Positions 39,619 through 48,970 of a stretch of 61,597 nt of DNA are shown here, in pieces. Under the pieces are notes generated by a model that was not told the DNA's origin, made no database searches, and saw only the letters and a program-made list of their open reading frames with translations. The stretch is taken from assembly GCA_902767275.1 (NCBI GenBank), contig CACXGY010000006.1, positions 1 to 61,597 of the forward strand, written 5' to 3'. Within the stretch, counting starts at the first letter, position 1; every line of letters starts with the position of its first letter. A program made the position numbers and the translations under genes. This DNA is from an uncultured bacterium (GTDB lineage Bacteria > Cyanobacteriota > Vampirovibrionia > Gastranaerophilales > Gastranaerophilaceae).

Positions 39619-39963
39619 ATGAACGAGATTAACAAACCAGAAGTAAATTATACACCGGCAATGTCAAAACCGGTACAACCGGAAAATAAACCGGAAAATA
39701 AACCGGAAAATAAACCGGCAGCAGAAAATGCACAACCAAAAGATTATAAAGAAGCAGCAGCAGCACCTGGTGCTGAAGCAGCAGGTAGAGCAATGGTTGC
39801 TATAAACAAAACAAATAAAGCAGATAATATAGAAAATGATGTTCAAAAGATTATTGATAATCCAAAACTTTTAGATCAATCAGATGCTTTATTTAATGCA
39901 GCAGAAAAAGCAGGTGTTCAATATCCTGCAGCAGCAAGTTTTGCAACCTCTGAATTAGGCTAG
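39619..39963 (+). CDS. hypothetical small protein with PENK tandem repeats
   Basis: 114-aa frame with QPENKPENKPENKPAAEN and an Ala-rich central part. Strong terminator downstream. Confidence 0.6.
   Translation: MNEINKPEVNYTPAMSKPVQPENKPENKPENKPAAENAQPKDYKEAAAAPGAEAAGRAMVAINKTNKADNIENDVQKIIDNPKLLDQSDALFNAAEKAGVQYPAAASFATSELG
39679..39714 (+). repeat. 12-nt perfect tandem repeat x3 (CCGGAAAATAAA) inside a CDS
   Basis: Copies at 39679-39690, 39691-39702 and 39703-39714, followed by a partial fourth copy (CCGG). Confidence 0.9.
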
Positions 39964-39985
39964 TTCAGAATATAAAGTTTTACAA

Positions 39986-40019
39986 AAAAGAGGATGACTA
40001 AAAAATCATCCTCTTTTTT
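39986..40019 (+). terminator. intrinsic terminator
   Basis: AAAAGAGGATGA(39986-39997)/TCATCCTCTTTT(40006-40017) stem followed by a T-run. Confidence 0.8.
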
Positions 40020-40120
40020 GATTTAAAAAATTGAGGGATATAAACCCTTATTTTTTTGTTTTGTATTGTTTGTTTTTGTTTTATTATATTTTTATCAGGT
40101 TTATGAATAGGGAGAAAAAG

Positions 40121-41164
40121 ATGAAAAAAGTATTTACTATCGGAAGTGCTACAATGGATGTTTTTGTAGAGAGTGATGCGGCTAATATTGTATCAGTTTG
40201 TACAAAAGACAAAAGTTCAGATTTTATGAGTTATCCTTATGGAGCAAAGATAGATATGTCAAATTTTTCATCTAATGTCGGAGGCGGTGGAGTTAATACC
40301 GCAATGAATTTTGCGACATTGGGTTACGACACATCCGCTATTTTTAAAATAGGAGATGATATTTATTCATCAGGGATTTTGAATGCATTTAAGAAAACAA
40401 AAGTCAACTTGGATAATATAGTTCAGGATAAATCATTATCTACCGGTTTTTCAATTATACTTGTTAGTTTTCAAGGAGATAGAACAGTTCTGGCAAATCG
40501 TGGTGCAAATGCATTGATAACAATCAAAGATATAAATTTTGATGCACTAAAACAGGCTGATTTATTGTATATTGCTCCGTTGAACGGAAATTCAAACAAG
40601 GTACTTGAGCCGATTGTAAAATTTGCTCATGAAAATGATATCAGAGTTTGTTTTAATGCAGGAACAACAAGTTTGAAAAAAGGGTTTAAAGATATAAAGA
40701 AAATACTGTGTACCTCAAATGTTGTTGTAATGAATAAAGATGAAGCAATGATGTGTACAGGTGTTGAAGTCAGACCTGACACAAAAACAGAATATTTTTC
40801 AAAAGAAATTATACATCCTGATATAAGAACAATGCTAAAACAATTAAAGGTTACCAATTATCAAGTTATTGTTATAACAGACGGCAAAAAAGGTGCTTAT
40901 GCATATGATGGCAAGAAATTTTATTTTTGTCCGACATTCCCTTCTGATGTTGTTTCTACACTTGGGGCGGGAGATGCCTTCGCTTCAACTTTTTGTGCGG
41001 CACTGGAAAGAACCAATATTGATATAGGAAAATCTTTGATGTACGGTTCTGTTGTATCAGCATCAGTTGTTTCAAAATTTGGTGCTACCGAAGGTCTAAT
41101 ATCTTTTGATGACGTTGAAAAATGTCTTGCTCAAAATCCTGATTATACATATTTTGAGGCATAA
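40121..41164 (+). CDS. PfkB-family carbohydrate kinase
   Basis: GGGAG RBS before ATG 40121; the ORF-track extension to 40031 is probably not coding. GGGGVN near the N-terminus and GAGDAF near the C-terminus. Confidence 0.85.
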   Translation: MKKVFTIGSATMDVFVESDAANIVSVCTKDKSSDFMSYPYGAKIDMSNFSSNVGGGGVNTAMNFATLGYDTSAIFKIGDDIYSSGILNAFKKTKVNLDNIVQDKSLSTGFSIILVSFQGDRTVLANRGANALITIKDINFDALKQADLLYIAPLNGNSNKVLEPIVKFAHENDIRVCFNAGTTSLKKGFKDIKKILCTSNVVVMNKDEAMMCTGVEVRPDTKTEYFSKEIIHPDIRTMLKQLKVTNYQVIVITDGKKGAYAYDGKKFYFCPTFPSDVVSTLGAGDAFASTFCAALERTNIDIGKSLMYGSVVSASVVSKFGATEGLISFDDVEKCLAQNPDYTYFEA

Positions 41165-41165
41165 T

Positions 41166-41816
41166 ATGAATGAATTAGATATAATTTCTCCTAATATGTT
41201 GAAACTATTCTATGATTGTCCTGCAAAATTTTATTACAGGTATATAAAACAGATTCCTATACCAATGTTGGATAAAAACTTTACTACGGGTAAAAATATC
41301 CACGCTATCGCTTCTTATTATTTGAATAAAAAGCAAATACAAAAATTTGAGAACGCTCTAACGGAAAAAGAGTCTTTGTTATGGAAATATTTAAAATCCG
41401 TTAAATATTTTAAATATGAAATTGTCGGGGTCGAAGATTATATATCAGGAACAATAGGTGGTTATCGAATTGGCGGAAGAATGGATGCGATTGTGAAATT
41501 CAACAAAGATTATTATATTTTAGATTATAAAACCGGTGGGGTAGAACCTGAGATGACTTATGATTTTCAAACCATGGTTTATCTTCTTCTTGTAGATAAA
41601 ATCGCTGAAGATTATGAATCACTTAATTTTGTTTATCTTGATTTAAAAAATAAAAACGAAGTAAGTATTCATTTTTCAGAAGAATTAAGAAAAGAATATC
41701 AAGAAAAACTTATTTCAATTTGCGAAAAAATGTCACAATTTAATATAAAAGAGTTTATTAAAAAAGAAAACTGCCGTTGTGAATATTCGAAACTATGTCA
41801 AATTAATATTTATTAG
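41166..41816 (+). CDS. PD-(D/E)XK nuclease, Cas4/AddB-nuclease-like with Cys cluster
   Basis: GGRMDAIV, ILDYKTG (D..D-x-K) and QTMVYLLL (QxxxY). One N-terminal Cys (YDCPAKF) plus a C-terminal CRCEYSKLC. ATG 41166 lies 1 nt after the pfkB stop. Confidence 0.8.
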   Translation: MNELDIISPNMLKLFYDCPAKFYYRYIKQIPIPMLDKNFTTGKNIHAIASYYLNKKQIQKFENALTEKESLLWKYLKSVKYFKYEIVGVEDYISGTIGGYRIGGRMDAIVKFNKDYYILDYKTGGVEPEMTYDFQTMVYLLLVDKIAEDYESLNFVYLDLKNKNEVSIHFSEELRKEYQEKLISICEKMSQFNIKEFIKKENCRCEYSKLCQINIY

Positions 41817-42675
41817 GGGTATTTTTGTGAAACCTTGATTCATCCATCCAGCGTTTACCTTTAGCGGTTGTGTCGAAATGAGCCAAGTTCATTCCCCAAG
41901 AATTAATTCTAAATGTTGCATCAGGGAATAAATATGCTCTCATATTTTTATCCTCATTTGCAATATATAATCGAGTAATTGCATTCTCGTTAGGAGCAGG
42001 ATGAGTTTCAAGTACAAATTTTGTGTTCTCTGAAACGTAATAACATTTTACACGACCTCTTGTTATTTGACCGTTTTCAAGATAAGGACGTTCTGCCACA
42101 TTTTCTTTACCTACAATATTTGTTAAGATTTCATCAAGTCCTTCGGGATTAATTTTTTGATTTTTATAATCTATACCCATTTTTTGCATATATACTCTTA
42201 TCTGAGAGCATATTTCAGGTATGGCATTTTTTTGGTAAGTTCTTTCAGGTTTATGGGAGTTTTGCACGGAGTGTTTTTTCTTGTTTTTTGGTATTTCTTT
42301 TTCTTCTTCAATATATTTTATTTTTACTTCATCTGTCCTTGTTGTGTAAGGAGAATAGTTGTAATTTAATGATGTTTTATTGTAATTACTGTTTATGATT
42401 TCTGTTTGTAAACAAGTGTGCTGTGGAGCAGTCGTTGTTGTTTTTGTTTGGATAAAATCATAAGATTTGTTTGAAATTGTTTTAGAATTTTTACCATGTT
42501 TTATCAAATGGTACAAACCGAGTGCTGCTATACAAGTTAAACCGATTCCTGTAATCATATAACCGGTTTTATTCTGGTTTTTGTTATCTGATTTGTTGGA
42601 TAGTTCAGAGATTATCGGTTTTGATATTTGATTATATTTTTGTATGTTTGACATTGATGAAATCGAATTATACAT
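41803..42675 (-). CDS. hypothetical single-pass membrane protein
   Basis: TM segment GYMITGIGLTCIAALGLYHLI. The N-terminal MYNS..KYNQ and the LGLYH motif resemble the 7223 protein. 14-nt convergent overlap with the nuclease gene. Confidence 0.6.
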   Translation of the reverse strand: MYNSISSMSNIQKYNQISKPIISELSNKSDNKNQNKTGYMITGIGLTCIAALGLYHLIKHGKNSKTISNKSYDFIQTKTTTTAPQHTCLQTEIINSNYNKTSLNYNYSPYTTRTDEVKIKYIEEEKEIPKNKKKHSVQNSHKPERTYQKNAIPEICSQIRVYMQKMGIDYKNQKINPEGLDEILTNIVGKENVAERPYLENGQITRGRVKCYYVSENTKFVLETHPAPNENAITRLYIANEDKNMRAYLFPDATFRINSWGMNLAHFDTTAKGKRWMDESRFHKNTPNKY

Positions 42676-42902
42676 TCAAATACACCCTCATTATCCACAT
42701 TTAAATAATAATTATGAATATATTTTTTTGCTCAGAAAAAAGTTTATTTTTACATATCTTAAAAAAGTTAAAAATTTGAATTTAAGGATTATATGTTACA
42801 AAGTATTGCAGTTTTTGTGCATGAAAATATTTTAATAGCAAATATCCGGCAGAAAAATACTTATTATAAATATAATATTGTGTGATAGGAGTAATTATAT
42901 CC

Positions 42903-43052
42903 ATGTTTAGCAAGGAATTTATGCGTTATTTATTGAACTATGAACCTGATGGTTACGAAACAAAGAAAGTAGAAACGGTAAAAGAAATAGAATTTAAAAA
43001 TAATAACGGCGGGAGATTGGCAAAAGTATTTTTATCGGTAAATACTAAATAG
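42903..43052 (+). CDS. candidate small protein, 49 aa (MFSKEFMRYLLNYEPDGYETKKVETVKEIEFKNNNGGRLAKVFLSVNTK)
   Basis: Below the ORF-track cutoff. AGGAG lies 11 nt before ATG 42903. Open to TAG at 43050-43052. Confidence 0.35.
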   Translation: MFSKEFMRYLLNYEPDGYETKKVETVKEIEFKNNNGGRLAKVFLSVNTK

Positions 43053-43083
43053 CAAAAAATTTTTTCAGACTACTTATAAAAGT

Positions 43084-43644
43084 ATGTCAATCAACTTTAC
43101 AGCGACCCATAAGTTAACAACAGCAATCCCAAAATATTCGAATAATGAATATAAACCGGAGATAGTTGCTGTTGTGGAATTAGATAAACATAATCCTGAT
43201 GATAAAATTTCTTTATATGCAACGGCAGTTGATTGGACTCAAAAAGGTGCTGAGTTTGCCTTCAACATTTTTCATGAAACAGAAAAACCGACAGTATTTG
43301 CAGATTTATGTGCGGAACATTTTTATGCATTAACAACACAAAAAGATGATTTTGAACATCTTGATTATAATAAAACTCTCGGACTAATGATGTTCGGAGA
43401 ATCTAATCTGGATAATAATGAGATAATATGGCTTCAAGGCAAACCCGGAACAAACAAAACAAAACGAGAAACAAATCGAGAGTATAAAAATGTCGGAAAA
43501 GCACTGATTGATTATGTAAAATACGAATATTCCGATAAACCGATAGAAGTTCAATCCGCAAATTCAGCAATAGAATTTTATAAAAAAAACGGATTTAAAC
43601 CACTTTCTAAAAATTCACCTTGTACGCTAATATATAACGTATAA
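43084..43644 (+). CDS. GNAT-like acetyltransferase-fold protein (weak)
   Basis: The C-terminal KNVGKALIDYVKYEY...SANSAIEFYKKNGF resembles GNAT motifs A/B. No obvious RBS. Confidence 0.55.
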   Translation: MSINFTATHKLTTAIPKYSNNEYKPEIVAVVELDKHNPDDKISLYATAVDWTQKGAEFAFNIFHETEKPTVFADLCAEHFYALTTQKDDFEHLDYNKTLGLMMFGESNLDNNEIIWLQGKPGTNKTKRETNREYKNVGKALIDYVKYEYSDKPIEVQSANSAIEFYKKNGFKPLSKNSPCTLIYNV

Positions 43645-43680
43645 GGAAAAAATAGAAAACTTTATTAAAAGAGAACTTCT

Positions 43681-43708
43681 TTTACAAAATTTATGTTTAA
43701 GGTAGAAT
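43681..43708 (+). promoter_or_regulatory. candidate promoter of the NifU-like/GGGtGRT pair
   Basis: TTTACA (43681-43686), 16 nt, TAGAAT (43703-43708). Confidence 0.4.
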
Positions 43709-43764
43709 ATAACTATAGTACAGAGAGAAGTGATTCTGTTTAATACAGTAATGAAGGAGGTAAA

Positions 43765-44466
43765 ATGAGTCATATTCAAGTTACGTCGGAAATTGCCGAA
43801 AAATGCTGTGTAAAACGCGGTGTGAAAGGTTCTCCGGCTCCGATTCCTCAAGAAGGAGAATGGACAAAATGTAAAGAAATAAAAGATATTTCAGGTTTAA
43901 CACATGGTTGCGGATGTTGTGCTCCACAACAAGGTACATGTAAATTGACCTTAAACGTAAAAGACGGTATTATCCAAGAAGCATTAGTTGAAACAATCGG
44001 ATGTTCAGGAATGACTCATTCGGCTGCTATGGCAGGGGAAATTCTTCCGGGAAAAACTATTCTTGAAGCATTAAATACTGACTTGGTTTGTGATGCTATC
44101 AATGTTGCTATGAGAGAATTGTTCTTACAAATCGTATATGGTAGAACTCAAACCGCATTTTCAGAAAACGGACTTCCTGTTGGTGCAGGATTAGAAGACT
44201 TAGGTAAAGGATTATGCTCAATGTGTGGTACAATCCACTCAACAAAAGACAAAGGTGTAAGATACCTTTCTTTGACTGAAGGATATATTCTTGAACTTGG
44301 TTTAGACAAAAATAACGAAGTTATCGGTTATAAGTTTGTAAACTTAGGGAAAGTTATGGATGCTATTAAAGCAGGTAAAGATCCTAAGGAAGCGTATGAA
44401 TCTAATATCGGTACTTACGGCAGATATGCAGATGCTGTTAAGTATATCGATCCTCGTAAAGAATAG
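43765..44466 (+). CDS. Cys-rich protein with IscU/NifU-N-like scaffold core
   Basis: GGAGG RBS. HGCGCCAP and ETIGCSGMTHSAAMAGEILPGKTILEAL (IscU-like). Confidence 0.8.
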   Translation: MSHIQVTSEIAEKCCVKRGVKGSPAPIPQEGEWTKCKEIKDISGLTHGCGCCAPQQGTCKLTLNVKDGIIQEALVETIGCSGMTHSAAMAGEILPGKTILEALNTDLVCDAINVAMRELFLQIVYGRTQTAFSENGLPVGAGLEDLGKGLCSMCGTIHSTKDKGVRYLSLTEGYILELGLDKNNEVIGYKFVNLGKVMDAIKAGKDPKEAYESNIGTYGRYADAVKYIDPRKE

Positions 44467-44574
44467 GGGTAAATATATATTGTTAACCTGAACATGTTTT
44501 AGGGTCTTATTATGACAAGATGTTAAAACAAATTCAGCATGACTGTACAAAATAAATAGAAAAGGGAAAATAAA

Positions 44575-45576
44575 ATGGCAAAATTTGAAGGACAAGATAG
44601 ACGTGAGGCTACTCTAAAGAAAGTTTTACCTGAATACGGATTCAAATCTTTAGATGAAGCAAGAGAATTATGTTTATCAAAAGGAATAGATGTTGATGCA
44701 ATAGTAAAAGGTATTCAACCTATAGCATTTGATAATGCATCATGGGCATATACATTAGGATGTGCCATTGCAATCAAAAAAGGTATTACAAACGCAGCAG
44801 AAGCAGCAGAAGCAATCGGATTGGGATTGCAAGCATTTGCAGTACCGGGTTCGGTAGGTGACAGCCGTAAGGTTGGTATCGGACACGGTAACTTGGGTGC
44901 AATGTTATTGAGAGAAGAAACAAAATGTTTCTGCTTCTTAGCAGGACACGAATCATTTGCTGCTGCTGAAGGTGCTATCGGGATTGCAAGAAATGCTAAT
45001 AAAGTTAGAAAAGAACCTTTAAGAGTTATATTGAACGGTTTAGGTAAAGATGCCGCTTATATAATTGCTCGTATCAATGGTTTTACAGCAGTTGAAACAG
45101 AATACAATTACAAAACAGGCGAATTAAAAATCGTTAAAGAAACAGCATTCTCAGACGGTGAAAGAGCAAAAGTAAGATGCTACGGTGCTGATGATGTATC
45201 AGAAGGTGTTGCGATTATGATAAAAGAAGGTGTTGACGTATCTATTACAGGTAATTCAACAAACCCTACAAGATTCCAACACCCTGTTGCAGGCACATAT
45301 AAAAAATGGGCAATTGAAAACGGAAGAAAATATTTCTCTGTTGCATCAGGCGGCGGTACAGGTCGTACATTGCACCCTGATAACGTTGCGGCAGGCCCTG
45401 CTTCTTACGGTATGACAGATACAATGGGAAGAATGCATGGTGATGCTCAATTTGCAGGTTCATCATCTGTACCTGCTCACGTTGAAATGATGGGCGTTAT
45501 CGGTATGGGTAACAACCCTATGGTTGGTGCTACAGTTGCTTGTGCGGTTGCTGTTGAAAGTGCTATGAAGGCATAA
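44575..45576 (+). CDS. GGGtGRT-family protein (function unknown)
   Basis: Literal GGGTGRT motif encoded at 45349-45369 in a 333-aa Gly/Ala-rich protein. Length and motif match the database family of that name, from memory. Confidence 0.88.
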   Translation: MAKFEGQDRREATLKKVLPEYGFKSLDEARELCLSKGIDVDAIVKGIQPIAFDNASWAYTLGCAIAIKKGITNAAEAAEAIGLGLQAFAVPGSVGDSRKVGIGHGNLGAMLLREETKCFCFLAGHESFAAAEGAIGIARNANKVRKEPLRVILNGLGKDAAYIIARINGFTAVETEYNYKTGELKIVKETAFSDGERAKVRCYGADDVSEGVAIMIKEGVDVSITGNSTNPTRFQHPVAGTYKKWAIENGRKYFSVASGGGTGRTLHPDNVAAGPASYGMTDTMGRMHGDAQFAGSSSVPAHVEMMGVIGMGNNPMVGATVACAVAVESAMKA

Positions 45577-45622
45577 CAATAAGTTACTAAAATATCAGAC
45601 ACTTAAGCACTGAGAAAAAATT

Positions 45623-45662
45623 AAAAAAGATGCGATGAAATAAAAATATTCGCATCTTTTTT
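45623..45662. terminator. bidirectional intrinsic terminator
   Basis: AAGATGCGA(45627-45635)/TCGCATCTT(45650-45658) stem flanked by an A-run and a T-run, between convergent genes. Confidence 0.75.
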
Positions 45663-45684
45663 ATTCGAATTTTAATTTATTATT

Positions 45685-47571
45685 TTATTCCTGAGAAATA
45701 ATAGAAATAAATTCTTCCGCTATTTTAGAATTCCATTTTTTGTCAATATCTTCCCGAATATGTTTTATCGCATCATCTTTTGTCATTGCTTTTCTATATG
45801 GTCTTGCTTCAATCATAGCGAAATAAGAATCTATAATAAGAACCATTTGCGAACACAACGGAATATCAGTACCTGATGTTTTTCCTGGATAACCGGTTCC
45901 GTCCCAATTCTCATGATGATGTTCAATTATCGGAATAACGTCTTGAACAACCGATATAGGTTTTAAAATTTCTTTAGCAGCAATAACCGGATGAGTTTTT
46001 ATCAATGTTTTTTCGTCATCAGTAAGCGGAGTACGCTTTTGCAAAATATCTTTAGGCAGCATCATGTTTCCGATATCATACAACAAAATCGCAACTTTTA
46101 ATTTATCCGTATCCTCTTTTGATAATTCAAATCTCTTTGCTAAAAGATTCGCCGTAACAATTTTATCTTTTGCAGAGCCTTGCTTATGATTAGGATTATA
46201 TAATTTTGATAACATATCAGATACTGTATAAAGAGCATCGTGATCGACATCTAATTTACACAACATTTTATTCATTCTTTCGGAAACGGACTTGTCAATC
46301 GGCATTTTTTTGTTTTTCAAAATTTCGACAAAGGAATCAATCGCAATATCTTGCCATGATTCTAAATCATCAGGATTTGCGAGAGTAACTCTGTTTCTGC
46401 CATTTTTCTTAGAAGAATACATAGCCTGATCAGTCAATTCCATAAGTTCGTTCAAATTATTAGAATGTTCGCCGAATGTAGCGACACCAATACTTGCAGT
46501 TATATGACCTATAATATCCAATTTAACTTCTTCAATTGCTTTTCTAATTCTCTCTGCCGCAATCAACCCGCCATTATGATCAACTCCCGGCAATAATATA
46601 TTGAATTCTTCACCGCCCATTCTTGCTGCAATATCTATTGAACGTGCATTCGTCTTTAAAACCTCCGCTACTGCTTTAATAGCAATATCGCCGCACGAAT
46701 GACCGAACTTATCATTAATTTGTTTTAAATGATCCAAATCCAAACCAATAACCGTAAAATTTTGTTTTTGACGTTGAGCCCTTAAGACTTCTTTTTGTGC
46801 TTCTTCTTCAAAATATCTTCTATTTTTTAAACCTGTTAAACCGTCTGTAATTGCTTGTTCTTTAACGGTTTGGAACAAATCTGCAATTGTTATTGCCAAT
46901 TCTATTTGTTTTGCAAAGAGTTTTAAAAAGTTTAATTCTGCTTCTTTTGCCTCAGGTCTGGAAGAATATACAACCAACGATGCAAAATGTTTTCCGTTAC
47001 TTCTTAATGGAATTAAAATATAAGAAATCATCCCTGATTTTTGTATAAAGTCACGCACTTTTTCTTTAGAAATATCAGGAAATATATAATCAACAGAAAA
47101 CATAACATCTTTGCTCTGATATATTTTATTATTATTTATATGATAATCAACATCTTTATCATCCCGCCAACGTAATCTTGATTCATACAAAGGTTTCCCT
47201 AACATTTCGGTAATATGTTCCGAAACGGGGCATCTTGATTCAGCCAATAACTCCAAATATGGGCCTTGATTATCGACTTTTTTCTTCACAATACAACTAA
47301 ACAAATACCCTAATTCGCCCTGTAAACTGTTAACAATAGAATCCAAAACATTAGCCAAAGGCTGAGAAGAATTCATCATTTCCCATATATGCTGAACCGT
47401 AACAAGCCTCTGATTGGCAACTTCTAATTCTAATGTACGTTCTTTTATTTCTGCTTCCAGTTGAATATTTTTTTCATATACCTCCATTAAATCTTTTCTT
47501 GAGGTATATATGTTATTTTCTACTTGATCAAGCCTATCTCTGAAATTATTAATTTTGTCCCAAAAACCCAT
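45685..47571 (-). CDS. coiled-coil/GAF - GGDEF - HD-GYP c-di-GMP turnover protein
   Basis: GGEEF with an RSID I-site 5 residues upstream. HD-GYP signature HHHENWDGTGYPG. Confidence 0.88.
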   Translation of the reverse strand: MGFWDKINNFRDRLDQVENNIYTSRKDLMEVYEKNIQLEAEIKERTLELEVANQRLVTVQHIWEMMNSSQPLANVLDSIVNSLQGELGYLFSCIVKKKVDNQGPYLELLAESRCPVSEHITEMLGKPLYESRLRWRDDKDVDYHINNNKIYQSKDVMFSVDYIFPDISKEKVRDFIQKSGMISYILIPLRSNGKHFASLVVYSSRPEAKEAELNFLKLFAKQIELAITIADLFQTVKEQAITDGLTGLKNRRYFEEEAQKEVLRAQRQKQNFTVIGLDLDHLKQINDKFGHSCGDIAIKAVAEVLKTNARSIDIAARMGGEEFNILLPGVDHNGGLIAAERIRKAIEEVKLDIIGHITASIGVATFGEHSNNLNELMELTDQAMYSSKKNGRNRVTLANPDDLESWQDIAIDSFVEILKNKKMPIDKSVSERMNKMLCKLDVDHDALYTVSDMLSKLYNPNHKQGSAKDKIVTANLLAKRFELSKEDTDKLKVAILLYDIGNMMLPKDILQKRTPLTDDEKTLIKTHPVIAAKEILKPISVVQDVIPIIEHHHENWDGTGYPGKTSGTDIPLCSQMVLIIDSYFAMIEARPYRKAMTKDDAIKHIREDIDKKWNSKIAEEFISIISQE

Positions 47572-47709
47572 TAATTATCCTCGTAAGGTATTGACTCATT
47601 GTGTATATGATTATACAACATTTTTTCTTACAAAACAACAAAAATTGAAAAATTGAAAAATAAAAATGTTTAAGATAGTATTGAACTATAGATAAAGAAG
47701 GAGAAACTA

Positions 47710-48657
47710 ATGGGAAACAGAATAGGTATAGACGTGGGCGGAACAAACGTTAAGATAGCCTTAGTCAATGATAAAGGAAGTATAATATATTCAAACTCTA
47801 TTCCTACTCGTGCAGAAATGGGATATGAATACACAATTAACAATATGAAAGAAGCAATCTATGATTTGTTAAAAGAAACAAAAACAGATGCAAAAAGTAT
47901 AGAAGGTATGGGATTTGGATTTCCGGGACAAATAGATTGTAAAAACGGAGTAGTAAGACTGGCACCAAATATTCCCGGCTGGGTAGATGTTCCAATCGCA
48001 TCTATTATGGAAAAAGAATTTGGAATTCCTACAAGAGTTGATAATGACGTTAGATGTGCGGCTTTAGGCGAATTAAACTTTGGTGCAGGTATAGGTTGTG
48101 AAAATTTGATATGTATAACTGTCGGAACAGGTATTGGCTCCGGCTTAATTATAAACGGTAAACTCGTTCGAGGTGCAAGCAATGCTGCGGGAGAAATCGG
48201 TCATATCAAACTTGATATTTCAGGCGGGCCATTATGCGGATGCGGCGACAGAGGATGTTTAGAAGCCTTCGCATCAGGGCCAAGCATTGTTGCTATGGCT
48301 GAAGAATATATTAGAGGCGGGAAATCAACAAAATACCGTGAACTGGCAAACCCTGATATTACACCTTATATTGTTTCTGAAGCAGCAAAACAAGGTGATC
48401 CTGTCGCAAAAAGAATTTTTACGATAATAGGAGAATATATCGGAGTCGGGCTCGCAAGTGTAGTCAATTTACTTAACCCTGAAAAAATTATTATCGGTGG
48501 TGGAGTTGCTGCAGCAGGGGATATTTTGATGAACCCGATAAAAGAAACTCTGGTTAAACGTGCAATGCCTATTGCCGGTTCTACAGTTCAAGTTGTACCG
48601 GCTCAATTAGGTAATACTGCAGGTGTTATTGGGGCAAGTTTATTGATTAAATCATAA
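47710..48657 (+). CDS. ROK-family glucokinase
   Basis: IGIDVGGTNVK, a GxGxG block, and the CGCGDRGCLEA zinc motif. AAGGAG RBS. Confidence 0.85.
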   Translation: MGNRIGIDVGGTNVKIALVNDKGSIIYSNSIPTRAEMGYEYTINNMKEAIYDLLKETKTDAKSIEGMGFGFPGQIDCKNGVVRLAPNIPGWVDVPIASIMEKEFGIPTRVDNDVRCAALGELNFGAGIGCENLICITVGTGIGSGLIINGKLVRGASNAAGEIGHIKLDISGGPLCGCGDRGCLEAFASGPSIVAMAEEYIRGGKSTKYRELANPDITPYIVSEAAKQGDPVAKRIFTIIGEYIGVGLASVVNLLNPEKIIIGGGVAAAGDILMNPIKETLVKRAMPIAGSTVQVVPAQLGNTAGVIGASLLIKS

Positions 48658-48670
48658 AAAGATTATCACT

Positions 48671-48703
48671 AATCGGGAAATGACTATTCATTTCCCGATT
48701 TTA
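48671..48703 (+). terminator. intrinsic terminator after the ROK kinase gene
   Basis: 13-bp stem AATCGGGAAATGA(48671-48683)/TCATTTCCCGATT(48688-48700) with a short T-tract. Confidence 0.7.
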
Positions 48704-48718
48704 TAAAAAAAGGATAAA

Positions 48719-48970
48719 ATGAGATTAGATAAATTTTTAAAAGTATCAAGATTAGTAAAACGAAGAACCGTTGCCAATAATATATCTGAACTTGGCAGAG
48801 TTTTTGTCAACGGAAATATCGCTAAACCTGCAAAACAACTAAAAATTGGCGATATAATTTCTATAGAATACGCGAACAAAACTATCAACGCAAAAGTACT
48901 TATTATCCCTGAAGGAAATGTTCCTGTACAAATGGCAACAACATTATACGAAATTATAGAAGATATTTAA
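48719..48970 (+). CDS. rqcP: S4-domain RNA-binding protein RqcP/YabO-like
   Basis: MRLDKFLKVSRLVKRRTVANN... is near-identical at the N-terminus to B. subtilis YabO, from memory. 83 aa. Confidence 0.8.
   Translation: MRLDKFLKVSRLVKRRTVANNISELGRVFVNGNIAKPAKQLKIGDIISIEYANKTINAKVLIIPEGNVPVQMATTLYEIIEDI

Noticed and set aside
39679-39714. Possible CRISPR-like or minisatellite array
   Set aside because: Only three directly abutting 12-nt units with no spacers, in frame inside a CDS (PENK repeats). No cas genes in the window.
40031-40120. N-terminal extensions of track ORFs (pfkB from 40031; also lysA to 21902, groES from 30921, tlyA from 17854, fliQ to 9668, nuclease from 41106)
   Set aside because: In each case an internal ATG has a good Shine-Dalgarno and matches where homologues begin. 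The upstream parts are TTG-initiated or overlap terminators or neighbouring genes.
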